Shown here: piece after piece, positions 36,749 to 48,320 of the stretch | Layout: the number at the start of each line of letters is the position of its first letter | Position numbering within the stretch: the first letter of the stretch is position 1 | Source of the DNA: Saccostrea echinata | Lineage: Eukaryota | NCBI RefSeq assembly: GCF_033153115.1 | Contig: NW_026889781.1 | Coordinates: 7,874,001-7,938,000 of the forward strand | DNA: 64,000 nucleotides | Direction of reading: 5' to 3' | The notes under the pieces: model-generated | Databases searched by the model: none | The model's input: only the letters and a program-made list of their open reading frames with translations | What the model was told of the DNA's origin: nothing | Program-made: the position numbers and the translations under genes

Positions 36749-38483
36749 GCCTTTCCTCTGATGATTGGAGAACTGTTCCTCTTTAAAGGTAGAAGAAAGA
36801 TTATTAATCATTGATGCATGTATCAGTTGGTGATTATAATATATGTGATTATATTTTGAAATACCCATATTTGAGAATAGTAAGCTATTACAATAAACCA
36901 TCGTTAAGTGACTTCTGAAACGTTAAGTTATTGATGCAAGGCAAAAGATATTTTGTGATGTCTGAAATTATAAATTATTCGAGTGGATGAAAGATAAGAA
37001 AAGTACTTTATTTAAATTTGAATACTTTGTTTTCATACTTGAAAAAGCTGCAAACAAATTTCTTCAACCAGTCTTCCTCACTGTCAAATCTGTGTCAGAT
37101 ATCTAAAATTAAAATGTTTTAAGAAAATATTTGCTTTCAATGATTAATACAGCATAAGAAATTACCTATACTGAATATTTTGGAACTATAGATACATGTT
37201 AGTGTGACATAAAGGCCCAATCAAAAATTAGAAAGTCCAAATAAGTAAAATAAAACATGAATATTTTATAATCCTTTGTTTTTCTTGAATTAGCTCTACA
37301 GATACAGCAGAAGGAAATTAAGGTATAGAAATACAGTGAATATTGAATTGAAACTTGTCAGTATCTAAGGGCAATAACCTATGTGAATAGGTCAATCACC
37401 ATAAAACTGAAACTACTAGTAGATTAAACATTAGCTCAGTACCTACAAACATAAGAAAAAAAAGACTAGAAAACTAACTATGACAGAACAACAATGACAA
37501 AATGACAGACATAAAGGGTAATAGTAAGCACTATCTGCCCCGTTCATTTCATGGTGGATGGGGGCAAAAAAGTCTTTTTATTTCATGTTATTTGGTTTAG
37601 AAATGTTTACAGTTAACATTCACTGGTGAATCTATGATACATGCATTGTTCAATGATTAATTATCTTTCAAAAGGTGGGACTGTGTGTAACTAATCTTTT
37701 TTCTGCATCTGGTCTATGTATTGGAGAGTTTATATTACATATCTGAAATCATTCTTATGATCCATGGGTGAAATTTTTATTCAACCAGCTATCACTGAAA
37801 GTAATGAAGATCATTATCATGATTATTGGTTTGAATTCCTATTTGCGGATCCATGCAAACTTAAATATACACTATATGAGAATGCTTGTATGTGAATTAC
37901 AATATTTGCCCCCGTGCTGTTTCATAGATGATTTCAAACTTCTTTTTTTTTAAATATACATTTATTATACAGACTCATAATAAATTTCATTCTATATATT
38001 GTTCGTGAAGTGCAGAAGGAAAACAGGACATAGATAAAGAAATGTTCATGTACAGAGTATGTGTGATTTAATATGAATACAAACAGATCTTCCTCTTGTT
38101 TATAGAACAAATCAGAATTTTATGGAATATGATTCAATGAGAACAGAACAACTGTATTTTTATAGTATCATCCCTTAAAAATGTTACATGTTTTTATTAT
38201 ACCTCTACTGATTTTTTTTCCCCTATATAACATTAGATTGTTAGATGTGACTAATTCTCTAGAAATCGTTAAGAATGGACTTATCCCCATGCATTTGTCA
38301 AGTGAGCTAATCCCTGCTTTGAGAGCCAATTCCCAGTTATCTGTAATCTTCTAGATTTTACTTTTATATTTGTATGATATGTGAATGGACTAGTCCCCGT
38401 GCATTAGTTCAGTTAGCTAATCCCTGTTTTGAAATCATGCCATCTGAATCATCTAAATTTTACGTTTGTATTGGTGTAATAAA

Positions 38484-38629
38484 ACAGTTAAAAGTATATC
38501 ATTGAGGGAGTTAGCAAGATTCCAGTTCCCCTCGACCAAGACTATTTCCCTCGGCTTCGCCTCGGGAAATAGTCCCGGCCTTGGGGAACTAGAATCTTGC
38601 TAACTCCCTCAATGATATACTTTAACTGT
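38484..38629. mobile_element. 146-bp palindromic MITE with GGCTTCGCC loop
   Basis: acagttaaaagtatatcattgagggagttagcaagattc...gaatcttgctaactccctcaatgatatactttaactgt forms a near-perfect foldback. Confidence 0.75.
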
Positions 38630-41047
38630 ATACTGTAGCTCTATCTTGGGGTTGAAATTGAATAGTGCACATGTAAGCATATACTGCATGATTAGTTACA
38701 CACAATGCCCTCTACCGAACCAACAAACCTGACTTTTGATGAGTGAAGCTGCTTCCCCTCCTCTGTATCTCCTGCATGTTAAATTTTCACAGGTCAGCAT
38801 TTAGTCTCAGTTTCTTATTGTGATCCACTTCTTCTCTACAATTGGGACTTGCATGATTAATATTTTTTTCATTTCTTATTATACTTATACTTTGTAAAAT
38901 GCAATCAACTGTAAAAAATACTGTACAAGTTTCAGTGGTTTTAATTCATTTGCAATTTTGATATTGAAACATTGTTTATTCAAGCATAAATATACATAAA
39001 TCCTACTGTGGTTCCATATTACTGTGATAAAATCTGCTCTGATATACATGTATGCTGTTATCTAACTTATGTACATAATCAATTGCAAGAAAAGTTGTAC
39101 AAATTTCATTGGTTTTAATTAATTCATTTGTAATTTTTTTCTTAATATAGTTTATTCAACTAATTAAAACAAAAATATATAAAATTCCTACTGTACTTTC
39201 ATTTTTGCATCATAAATTTACTGTGATAAAATCTGTTGTGATATATTTATTATATGTTATTGTTAAATTGTAATTATTTATTTTAAGCATATGAATTATG
39301 ATATCAACAAATTAACTAAAATGGTACTGTAATAATTAATTGATTAAATGTAATTGATTAGTTTTTCCTGTCCTTGTATACATTTTATACACTGTGATAA
39401 AAATTTTGCTGTGTTCTGCATTCTAAATCCACATGAATTTTCAATCTCTTTGCTTCTTTGTGATATAAGTACTTGGCTGTTAAACATTTTTTTCACTTAT
39501 TTACCTACTATGATTATCTGCAATTAATTTATTCAATTTGTATGAAAATAGCCTTATTCTTACACTTTAACTGTAAATGCTATAGTTCCATGCAGTGACA
39601 TGAATTTGTGATGTTTGAATTTTAAGATGTTTTCACACAGAGACATATAATTGCTATTTACAGGTAATGCATATTTGCACCAAATTCTTATACAGTTTTC
39701 TGTAACTGACTGTCTGTTTGCATTATGGTTTTATCATGTAATACTTAAGGTTCTTTCTACCAAACATTGAATGTGTACAAAGGTGGTGTGAAATGCACTA
39801 CAACAAAGCTAGTCATAAAAAAATAAACAATATATTATAACTAGCTGTTACGGTTTGTAGTCTAGCATAGCAGTAATTTACTGCATATGATTTATATACT
39901 ATAATTGTAACAAATCTAGACTACATTAACAAAATATGGTGAATTATATACATATGTATACCTACATGGGGCCATGAATGGCATATTACAGTGGTTATAT
40001 TCAGTACACATTTCATTGTTGGTTTACATGATATGGAGTCACTGGCACGACAGAGATGTCTGTAAACTTCCGTCTTTGTGACATTACCTAAATGCTTACA
40101 TACAGGGCAAGATATTTAATTTTTTTAATTATCTCATTTCTACGTTTGATATACCAGTATAACAAATAGTTTCTGTGTGTAAAATATTTAAGAAGAATTT
40201 CAATTTTTGGCTGAACTTTTAAGTCCTGAGCTTTTTAGATGTATTCTTAAGTTATTATCATGATTATTGTAAAAAAAAAAAAAAAAATCAGGAAATACAC
40301 AATATGAACTTTACTGCAAATTAAAATGGATTGTTAAATTAATACACCTTTAAGTAACTACATGCTCATGCTGTACGTGTAACTAAATATTATATGTATG
40401 CTATTTTGTTTAATTGTGAAATAAATTATTTGCTGTTATTCCACACCATGTTTTGTTTTTTTTTCAGATATATGAAATTTTATTATTGAAATCCTTAGAC
40501 AATATGCTATACATTACTCAGTAATGTGGTGCCCAGTGATTGACATGTTACAAAAGCTATGGGTCGAATTAGCAAAGAATCAATATCCCTTTCAAACAAG
40601 GAAAAGTTTAACCGTGAGACCTATAGCTATCACCGTCAAAGGTTTTCTGTATTACATCAATAAATTATTACTGTCCTGTGTGATATTAATCCCATTAAAA
40701 GACAATTACAGTGAGGAAATGAGGAATGAAATATTATAACAATTGAGTATCTGATGAAATTTTGACATGACTATTCCATTTACATGTGTCTATGTGTTCC
40801 AAAATTTTCTATATGAAAAAATATGAATTTCCTGTCATATATAATGTAGTGGAATATTGAGAATGTCTGTCTTAACCGCTTTGAGGTTGTAACAACAGTA
40901 ACCACATTTGTTTACATTTTGTTTACCATTGGGCATGATCTTGCCAATCTGGAAATGAAAATCCTCATCAAAAGTTACAAATCTTAATATTTAAAATTAA
41001 AATGAATAGTGTACACATTTACGTACATTGAAGGCTACAGATTTTAG

Positions 41048-41080
41048 CAGGGACCTATATACTATATATATAGGTCCCTG
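41048..41080. mobile_element. 33-bp mini-element: 14-bp TIRs with 7-bp TSD
   Basis: ATTTTAG|CAGGGACCTATATA-CTATA-TATATAGGTCCCTG|ATTTTAG. Confidence 0.7.
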
Positions 41081-41390
41081 ATTTTAGTAAACAAGGTCTG
41101 CATCTTTTGTGGAATCAATATGTCATAAATGGTAGGCTGGGATACAGAAAACTTCTATATATTATATATAGCAGTAAAAGTTTTTTTTTCTTTCTAATAT
41201 ATGACAGACCATTCATCCAGGTGGATTTTTTTCTTACAAATCTAGTGTTAAATGATTTTTAAAATCAATTTATTTGCTCTTTGTAACATAACTACACAAT
41301 AAATATAATACCTCTATATAGAGATTTTGGGATTAAAGAAGTTCTCAGAGATTTTTGAGTGCCAAAGATTATATTATGGTAATATATCAA

Positions 41391-41428
<38 letters not shown>

Positions 41429-44400
41429 AGAATTGATTCTTCAGGGTGTTTTGTACTTCATAATTATTATTATTATTATTATTATATATCTTTGTTTTTC
41501 TTTACTGTTGAATTGTATTTGTACAAAGTGAAAGTAGACATATTTCACACATGGTTTATGTAATGCAAAATTTGCCAGCTTCTATCTATATAATTCAAAA
41601 TCAGCCAGCGTTGTGATTATTTGTAAAAAAAAAAAAAAAAAAAAGGTATTTTTTTTAATGCTTTCTTTTCCTGTGAAGTTCTATGTTTTGATATCAGATT
41701 TTAGTTGACCGTTTATGTTTTTTTTCAAGGACGAATGTATTGATCAGCTGTGTATTGTTTAGCCTTTAGAAGCATAGAGTATTTTTTTCTTTCTTTTCAT
41801 TGCACTTACCAGCTTCTGATGTGTGCATTTTATCATACTTTTAGAACTGATAACACTTCTTTCTGGATGTCTGCTTTGCAATAAGAAAAACTTACGTTTT
41901 ATAGATAGGAAGGTGTAAACACATCTCTTGCATCTTGTTGACATCCGTTCTAGGAACAGTGTACGTATCCACTTGTACTGTATTGATTCGGTCTGCTTTC
42001 CCATTGTTCGTTATAAACCCGTTAAATATACTTGAATATGAAAAAATACTTATATATTTTTAGAAAAACACATTGAATTATTTTCTCCGAATTTTTAATT
42101 TTTTTTGGTAATTTAATTTGAAAAGAACGACTACTCCATCGATAAACTGGTTTCCCGCCCCGTGATCTTGACGATAATGGACGAGTTTACCATGTTAAAT
42201 CCCCGTAGACTTTGAATTTGCCGCCGTGTCAATACACCGGTTGAACTCAAGGGTTCGAATAAATGGAGGAAAATTGGAAAAAAAATGATCTATCTATCGG
42301 ACCTAAGTTGAAGGCCAAGGTATTTATATATTTTAAGATATGTTGCAAAAAGTGGTTACAATAGCTTGGTGGGACAGACTATAAATCAAGAGATTGTGCC
42401 GGACCTGTTGAAAGACAGGTAACTTTCTCCATCTTCGGCCTCTCGCAACCACCGTTCTAACAGTACTCATGCATGCATGACATCAGAGACATCATCCTTA
42501 TCTTTTTCTATAAAAATAATTAAAAAAAAATCCCATTAAATCTGCAAGATCAACTTCATGAATTCGTCAAGGCAAGTTGTAAAAATGAAAAGTCCTAACT
42601 TGAATGAACATTTAATATGATAAGGCAGATTATAAAAAAATGTATTTAACTAAATTTGATACCCTATAGGAATTGTTAACTTCAATACTTACCCTTTGGC
42701 CTTCGCTTTCCGATTTCAAGACTGGAAATAAACATAGCTTGATAATATTAAAACCAGAAGTGGGAAACAATTAAATTCCGAAAAAATAGCTGTAAAGCGA
42801 TGCTGACAGAACCCGGGCACTATCGATCTTAACTCCCTTCTTCGGACTACTTATATTTAACCACAAAAAAACCTTGGCCAATGAGAAACCAGCCAATAAA
42901 CAATACAACAAGGAATAAAAAGTTAAAAACAAAACAAAAACTGAGAAAAATCTTTAGTTTTACTAAATGATTACCTCTTTGTTATACTACATGCACTACG
43001 GGTTCATATCACATATAATACATGTATTAAAGTTCATAAAGGAAACTGTCTTTTAGATTTTTTATGTGCCTAAAAAATAAAATGCCTCATATAAAATATT
43101 AGGATTTTACCAAAGGTGCTTGAGGATTCGACCCCCTCCCGATATAGACCCAGCGGGCCTTTCTGAATAATGGACAGAAGGATGAAACGTTCGCTCAACT
43201 AGGACCTTAGGTCATCAGCTCAGTTCTCAATTATCAAAACTGTTTACACCGCGACAAAATGCAGTGTATTGCAACCGTAAAGTGAAAATAGAATAAACCG
43301 CACTACTGTGAAGCCTTTACAGTGTAAAACAACAAACAGTAAATCTATTTTTGCCAAAGGAATAATCATTTGATATTAGGAAAGATACGGGGGAGGGGGG
43401 CATTGACTGCAATAGGCCCCCTATTATAAAATATAAGTTATAAAGCAATGGATTACGTTGGGTTACCTGTGGTCTCCTTAATGATATTATTATTCCATGT
43501 AAGGCAACAGTATCTATTTGACAAGTACCTAACCTCTGATCTCCTCAGTAGTATTTCAGAGTAGACGACCTCCTAGCTGTCTCTGCATTCGCAGATCTAA
43601 CAGGCAGGGGGAGGAGGAACATTGTAGGTCTTACCCCCTACCCCGCTTGGACTCTTCAGTGATCCTTAAAGATAATGGAATAATTATTTGGTAATAAATT
43701 GTATTAACTGTCCTTTGGTCTCCCTTATGAGGTCATACCGACCTTATCAGTTTAACACTTTAGTAAACCTCTGGTTATTATTAATTTTACAGAATAGATG
43801 TACGCCCTGTCTTGCGAGGATGGGGGCTGGAGTTCACCTCCCCCCTTTCCCTGGAATTTACACTTATCAAATTTATAAACGAATCAAAACTATATTTTCC
43901 AAAATAATAAACTTAAAAAACATAGGTCCATTGTCAATTGCTTCTGGGATACATATAATGTATATGAAGAAAAAGTTGTCTAATATCATCCCCCATCCAA
44001 TTACATAAATTTAGAAAATTTATTTGGAGAAATTGTAAACTTGTTTGCTTGTAAAAAAAATCAGGGTCTCATTTTTTGTTTGGAGTGGATTTGAAAAATA
44101 ATTCTAATAATGAAGGAGAATTTAAAAATTCCCATATTTATAAATGTTTACGAGATTAAACTTTAGTAATTCGTTCTATTGAGTCGAAGTCCCGAGTTGT
44201 CAACGGCTTTGTCTTCTATGACCTCTCCAATTGTCGACATCTTTTCCAGTTATTTCTCTTTGCTAGACGTTCATACAGAGAAGATTGACCGTCCATAACC
44301 AAAGAAATATATTCGATGTCAAAATTTCAACCGGCCATATTGTGTATTTTATTTATTTAGCGTAAAAATCCATTCAATATATGTTTTCTTACGATAAGCT

Positions 44401-44443
44401 TTACGAGTTCTATTGACCATTGACACCTATGGCGTTTCAGTAC

Positions 44444-46753
44444 TATCACGATGAAAATTTTACTGTTATAAGAGATTTTTCTAGTTTCTAAAATTAAGTT
44501 ACTGTTTTGTGTTTTTTTGAACAACGCTTTCTAAATTCTTGAGCTTTTCAAATCATTTTCTTTATTGAATTTACGACTCTTAATCTTTATTGAATTAAAA
44601 CATCGGCGATTCAGATAATCCAATCCAGTTGGGTTTAACGCCTGTCATCGTTTGATATTGCTAAATTATCTTTAGGCAAAATAACATCAAAAGGACGATA
44701 ATCTGGCCCTCAATTATTTTAAGGGTCTACTCAAGTGTCAAAACCTTTATCTATTTATCTCCAAATGTCATTTTTACACATGTCACTCTATAATTGTTAT
44801 ATATACTGTTGAATTTGTTTTGGATGATCAGTCGGAATCGGACAGCCGTCCCGAGTACACCGACCTGTATCAAAATTTGTTAGTTCCATATTAAAAGTTA
44901 AAACGCTGGTCGGAGTTTGTCTCAAATCTGTTTGATAAGACTCATAGATAGAAAGGAACGTAAATCGTGGCTGACAGAATCCGTGAGCGGCATCGTCAGG
45001 GAACTCAAAGAGAAGTTCTTCAAGCGAGCAATAAGACGTTCATAGTTTCTACATAGTCTTATTTTAGCACAGCCTGAGTGTTGATCGGGCGAGATTATTT
45101 AAAAAAAAAATGTGCTAATTTGTGCAGATATCCGGGTACAACACCACCTCTCATGAAGCTAAGCGAGTATTCCCCAAATCTCAAAGTTTCCGAGGACGAC
45201 CAGCTTTAACATTGGACTGACATGCAGTTCCGACCACAGTGGCAGGTTTCAGCGCCGCTTTGCAGCAGATGTAACAGACGGCATTACTCCGTCTGCAACG
45301 CCTTGGAGAAACGCTGCCATAGATGTGGAGAAGAGGGACACTTTAGCAGAGTGTGCGGAGAACGTTCGTGCCGCGCTGTAAAATCGGATGCAAAGAGGAA
45401 AAGGGACACCGAACGACTGCAGGATTACAACAGCAGGAAAAGACTGTTCCGGGTACTTCCATTTGCAAACATAAGTGATTCCAAATTTAAAGAGTGTGTC
45501 AATTTAAAGTCAGTGTTTTCATCAGAAGTTCAGTCCGTGGTAAAAGATCTCCAATATACAAAAGCGCTAATGAAAATGGACATTGAAATCCTAGAATGGA
45601 AATTGGAAAAACAGTCAAAGTCGAACGATGAAAAAGATCAACAGATAAAACTGTATTCTACATACTTAAACTATGCCGTGTCAGATCTAAAGAAACTTTC
45701 CGGACTTGTTTCCCATTACAACTGGCTTCTGGAAAATTATGAAATGGAACACATCGTACTGCGATCAATCAAACAGAACTGTATGTGTAAAAGAGATGTT
45801 GAAAACAGTAAACTTGTCCGAAAGGAATATAGACAGTTTAAAGATTCTGAATTATACAAAGAAATTTTGAACACTAAATTTTGAATATTTACTATTGCAC
45901 AATGTTTTATTTTTTATTTACATGTGTATATTTTTTTTAAGTTTGAGGACAAACTTTTTGTGGCAAGGGGAGAATTGTCATATAAAAATTTAAATTGAAA
46001 AAATTCTAAATTTTTGTAGAGGACAGATTATCACGATGAAAATTTTACTGTTATAAGAGATTTTTCTAGTTTCTAAAATTAAGTTACTGTTTTGTGTTTT
46101 TTTGAACAACGCTTTCTAAATTCTTGAGCTTTTCAAATCATTTTCTTTATTGAATTTACGACTCTTAATCTTTATTGAATTAAAACATCGGCGATTCAGA
46201 TAATCCAATCCAATTGGGTTTAACACCTGTCATCGTTTGATATTGCTAAATTATCTTTAGGCAAAATAACATCAAAAGGACGATAATCTGGCCCTCAATT
46301 ATTTTAAGGGTCTACTCAAGTGTCAAAACCTTTATCTATTTATCTCCAAATGTCATTTTTACACATGTCACTCTATAATTGTTATATATACTGTTGAATT
46401 TGTTTTGGATGATCAGTCGGAATCGGACAGCCGTCCCGAGTACACCGACCTGTATCAAAATTTTCAGTTCCATATTAAAAGTTAAAACGCTGGTCGGAGT
46501 TTGTCTCAAATCTGTTTGATAAGACTCATAGATAGAAAGGAACGTAAATCGTGGCTGACAGAATCCGTGAGCGGCATCGTCAGGGAACTCAAAGAGAAGT
46601 TCTTCAAGCGAGCAATAAGACGTTCATAGTTTCTACATAGTCTTATTTTAGCACAGCCTGAGTGTTGATCGGGCGAGATTATTTAAAAAAAAAATGTGCT
46701 AATTGTCATATAAAAATTTAAATTGAAAAAATTCTAAATTTTTGTAGAGGACA
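44444..46753 (+). mobile_element. Non-autonomous retroelement with split direct repeats A1-[gag-like ORF]-PPT-B1-A2-B2 and 4-bp TSD
   Basis: A1 44444-45119 and A2 46029-46703 (about 4 differences); B1 45976-46025 identical to B2 46704-46753; PPT AAGGGGAGAAT before B1; GTAC at 44440-44443 and 46754-46757. Confidence 0.85.
45222..45884 (+). CDS. Gag-like protein (220 aa): double zinc knuckle followed by predicted coiled coil
   Basis: CSRCNRRHYSVC...CHRCGEEGHFSRVC (CX2CX4HX4C) at the N-terminus; intact ORF inside the split-repeat element. Confidence 0.7.
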   Translation: MQFRPQWQVSAPLCSRCNRRHYSVCNALEKRCHRCGEEGHFSRVCGERSCRAVKSDAKRKRDTERLQDYNSRKRLFRVLPFANISDSKFKECVNLKSVFSSEVQSVVKDLQYTKALMKMDIEILEWKLEKQSKSNDEKDQQIKLYSTYLNYAVSDLKKLSGLVSHYNWLLENYEMEHIVLRSIKQNCMCKRDVENSKLVRKEYRQFKDSELYKEILNTKF

Positions 46754-46929
46754 GTACCACGTGACCCCTATCTAATTAGTGGAGATTTTTACTTCGAGGA
46801 CCCTATTTTACGGGCGTTTCCTCGGCATTATTTTATAATTAAACGATAATTATATGTTTCAAGAATGTAATAGTGTTTCATTTTTAAGAAATTTAGATAA
46901 AAACCCTTTAAGAAAGACCAATGCTCACT

Positions 46930-48320
46930 CTACATGTATCTTGTACATCAATAGGATACCAGAGGACACCTTATATTGTACATTAATAGAGAGAACACCT
47001 TATGTATTGTACATTAATGGAGGCCTTCTTAAATAAAACATCATTAGGGAGACCATGCAGACGTCACGTAATGTTGTGTATGAATACAGAGACCAGAGGT
47101 CCCCTTATATTGTACATCATTGGGGAGACCAAAGGTCACCTTATATTGTACATCAATAAGGAAACCATGCAGTCATTTATATTGTACATGAATAGAGAGA
47201 CCAGAGGTCACCTTTTGTTGGACATCAAAGAGGTCACATAAAGTTGTCTGAATACAGAATCCATAGGTCCCCTATGGTATGCATCAATAGGGAGACCTGA
47301 GGTCACATAATGTTGTGTATGTGAATACGGAGACCCAAGGTCCCGGCCCTATATTTGAACATTATTAGGGAGACCAGATGTCTTCCTGATGATTACAATA
47401 TACACAACCTCAATGTGACCTTAGGTCTCCCTTATGATATACGTTATAAGGGGGCCTCTGGTCACATTAAGTTGTGTATGTGAAATCGGAGACCCGAGGT
47501 TCCCTTATAATTAAACATCATTAGGCAGTCCAGAGGTCTCCGTAGTCATGTACAATATATACAACTTATGTGACCTTTGGTCTCTTTAATAATGTATGTT
47601 ATTAGGGGACTCCTGGTTTCCGTATTCATCACCTCTAGTCTCCCTCATGATGCACAATCCAAGGGAACCTTTGGTGTCCGTATCAATATATGAATACGGA
47701 GATCAGAGGTCTCACTAAATACGGAGTTCAGATGATTTCTTATATAGATCATCATAAGGGAGACCAGAGGTCATAAATAAAATGCATATTAATGCGGATA
47801 CCAGAGGTATCCATAATAGAACATAATAAAAGAGTCCTCTGATCTCCCTATTGATGTACAATACAAGGTGACCTCTGGTCTCCCTATTGATGTACAATAA
47901 TAGCTCTCCTATGGTCTCTCTATTGATGTACAATAATAGGTGACCTCTGATCTCCCTATTGATTTACAATATAAGGTGACCTCTGGTCTCCCTATTGATG
48001 TACAATAATAGGTGGCCTATGGTCTCCCTATTGATGTACAATATAAGGTGACCTCTGGTCTCCCTATTGATGACTAATATATATAGTGGCCTCTGGTCTC
48101 CCTATTGATGTACAATATAAGGTGACCTCTAGTTCTCCTAATGATGTTCCATCAAAGGTGACCTCTGGTCTCCCTATTGATTTACAATATAAGGTGACCT
48201 CTGGTCTCCCTATTGATGTACAATGTAAGGTGACCTCTGTTCCCCTGTTGACGTACAATATAAGATGGCCTCTGGTCTTCAATTTGATTGTAACATTAGC
48301 TTACCTCTGGTCTCCACATT
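46930..48320. repeat. 36-bp minisatellite array with orientation switches
   Basis: Unit TCCCTATTGATGTACAATATAAGGTGACCTCTGGTC, best conserved at 47835-48290; reverse-complement units at 46940-47380. Confidence 0.85.

Larger units (their letters stand above)
29281..42381 (+). mobile_element. 13.1-kb IS630-Tc1-mariner (Sailor/DD82E-like) DNA transposon with 190-bp TIRs and TA TSD
   Basis: TIRs 29281-29470 and 42192-42381 (about 4 mismatches); TA at 29279-29280 and 42382-42383; encloses the DDE transposase gene. Confidence 0.92.

Noticed and set aside
44965-44990. TGGCTGACAGAATCC as a PBS within repeat A
   Set aside because: Not recognisably complementary to a tRNA 3' end and not preceded by an LTR-terminal CA.
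46930-48320. CRISPR-like appearance of the 36-bp repeats
   Set aside because: Units are contiguous with no unique spacers, the context is eukaryotic, and there are no cas genes.
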